This document shows, in pieces, positions 62,842 through 64,000 of a stretch of DNA of 64,000 nucleotides. The position numbers and the translations under genes are program-made. How positions within the stretch are numbered: position 1 is the stretch's first letter; every line of letters starts with the position of its first letter. The DNA comes from Candidatus Saccharimonadales bacterium (GTDB lineage: Bacteria; Patescibacteriota; Microgenomatia; Levybacterales; UBA12049). The notes under the pieces are model-generated. The model was not told the origin of the DNA, ran no database searches, and saw only the letters and a list, made by a program, of their open reading frames with translations. The stretch lies in contig DATIIS010000051.1 in assembly GCA_035479415.1 (NCBI GenBank), positions 19,138 through 83,137 on the forward strand, in the 5' to 3' direction.

Positions 62842-63324
62842 ATGCAAGATGAGGATCAACAAGACCAGATAGTAGAAGGAGAAGTTACAGAAGAATCAAC
62901 TACTGAAGAAAGTATCGATGTCCCAGTTTCTGGGGAAGACCAAGCTGGAGCACTTCTTAGCCTCGAAGAACTCATCAAAAATCACATTGAATCAATTGAT
63001 AAATTGAAGTTAGAAATCAAGCAACAAAGAGAAATGCTCGAGGACTCTTTCAATAACAATCCCACATATCATGAACACGACGAAAAAGTTAAAGAAGTTA
63101 TAAAGGCAAAAAATTCAGTTCGTCAAGAAATAGCCAAACAGCCGTCAGTTGCGTCTCTCAATCAAAAAGTAAAAGATCTGAGATTTGACATGAATGAAAA
63201 AAGTAAAACACTTTCAGATCTTCTGCAAGATTACCGCGAACAAACAGGAGCTACCCAAATTGAAACTCGGGATGGGAAAGTTCTTGAAATTGTCAGCACA
63301 TCAAAATTAGTACGTCGAGTTTAG
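62842..63324 (+). CDS. acidic coiled-coil hypothetical protein
   Basis: 160 aa with a Glu/Asp-rich N-terminus followed by heptad-rich helices. No motif recognised. Confidence 0.5.
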   Translation: MQDEDQQDQIVEGEVTEESTTEESIDVPVSGEDQAGALLSLEELIKNHIESIDKLKLEIKQQREMLEDSFNNNPTYHEHDEKVKEVIKAKNSVRQEIAKQPSVASLNQKVKDLRFDMNEKSKTLSDLLQDYREQTGATQIETRDGKVLEIVSTSKLVRRV

Positions 63325-63331
63325 ATTGGAT

Positions 63332-63400
63332 ATCTTGAAGTGAGAGATAAGAATTCGTTGAATTTGAATTCTTGATCTATTGATCTCTCGAATTCAAGAT
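63332..63400. repeat. 69-nt three-segment imperfect palindrome containing three GAATTC sites
   Basis: ATCTTGAA/TTCAAGAT (63332-39 / 63393-400), GAGAGAT/ATCTCTC (63342-48 / 63383-89), and AAGAATTC/GAATTCTT (63349-56 / 63366-73). It starts 8 nt after the stop of the 62842 gene and is followed by TTCAAA-type short repeats to about 63430. Confidence 0.6.
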
Positions 63401-63465
63401 TTCAAAAAATCAAATTTTCAAATTCAAAAGTTTCACATTTCTCATCTCAAAAGTTCTAACTATAC

Positions 63466-64000
63466 ATGAAAAGAATTTCAGAATTAATTAATTCTTTTCT
63501 GCCCATCCTTCCTTATCTTGTGGTCTTTATTTTTTCTTTATTTCCGCCCTCTGATCCAGATCTTGGATGGCATTTAAAATATGGAGAATATTTTTGGCAA
63601 CACGGGTCACTTCTTCGAGATAATACATTTTCAACGATGATGCCGAATTATCATTGGGCAAATACCTCCTGGTTTACTGATATTATCGCTTATACTACCT
63701 ACCATTTGGGAGGATTATTTGGCTTGACTCTTCTTAGTGCAGCTATTGTCACTGCCACGTTCTATTTCTTTTCAAAAGCCTCAGGCATGACTCTCTGGGA
63801 AAAGACAATTGTTTTTCCAATTATGGTTTATCTTGAAAAGCCTATCAATTCAATCTCTTTTCGTGGACAACAGATAGTACTTCTTTTTATAGGAATACTA
63901 TTTTATCTCCTAAGTCTTTATGAAAAAAGACCTAAATTACTTTGGCTTAGTGTGCCGCTTTTTTGGATTTGGGTAAATATTGATGGAGAGTTTCTTCTTG
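63466..64000 (+). CDS. polytopic membrane protein, 3' part outside window (GT-C/DUF2079-like?)
   Basis: Open from ATG 63466 to the window edge (MKRISELINSFLPILPYLVVFIFSLFPPSDPDLGWHLKYGEYF..), with several TM. It is missing from the ORF track because there is no stop in the window. Confidence 0.5.
   Translation, partial: MKRISELINSFLPILPYLVVFIFSLFPPSDPDLGWHLKYGEYFWQHGSLLRDNTFSTMMPNYHWANTSWFTDIIAYTTYHLGGLFGLTLLSAAIVTATFYFFSKASGMTLWEKTIVFPIMVYLEKPINSISFRGQQIVLLFIGILFYLLSLYEKRPKLLWLSVPLFWIWVNIDGEFLL

Noticed and set aside
1-64000. Known defence or mobile systems (RM, CBASS, retron, TA, integrase or transposase, prophage).
   Set aside because: Patatin, Fic, MazG-like, Pif1-like helicase and ImmA-like genes are each isolated and lack the partner genes that define those systems. 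No recombinase, reverse transcriptase, cyclase or capsid or terminase motifs were seen.

Overview
A compact, low-GC (roughly 30-47% by local hand counts) bacterial chromosomal segment with about 78 protein-coding genes, one tRNA, and no rRNA, CRISPR array, integrase or transposase. Recognisable genes: the distal part of a cyoABCDE terminal quinol oxidase operon; housekeeping genes hflX, typA, truB, an rluB-like gene, nth, tag and a class A PBP; three histidine kinases with no response regulator nearby; two DHA2-type MFS pumps; a GH130/GH125 mannoside pair; a Tat-signal clan GH-A hydrolase; Fic; patatin; a Pif1-like helicase; and many small stress or detox-fold proteins (VOC x4 plus a YjdN-like protein, DUF1801 x2, DinB, SRPBCC, DUF1697). 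Polytopic GT-C glycosyltransferases, N-terminally anchored exported proteins and the near absence of Shine-Dalgarno sites suggest a Patescibacteria/CPR-like (Microgenomates-like) monoderm. That placement is inference only. Points worth a second look: (1) most genes are built as extended -10 (TGnTATAAT), about 6 nt, then the start codon, which implies leaderless mRNAs. (2) The single tRNA-Gln(UUG) lies in about 600 nt made of decayed copies of its own 5' and 3' halves. (3) A possibly related short hairpin repeat family (TAAAAGTTCCAAGATCGTA...) is dispersed in intergenic DNA and brackets a two-gene cassette. (4) Three tandem paralogous lipoprotein-like orphan genes are present, and the middle one carries two in-frame TAA codons. 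(5) Three further genes are interrupted: by a 17-nt insertion plus an in-frame TGA, by an in-frame TAG, and by a possible -1 frameshift. (6) Several large orphan soluble proteins have their own consensus promoters. One is a novel N-domain fused to an ITPase-like (DUF84) domain. Another is a 114-aa protein with a Cys/Pro-rich tail. No complete known defence or mobile system was recognised. All family calls rest on motif recall, not database searches.
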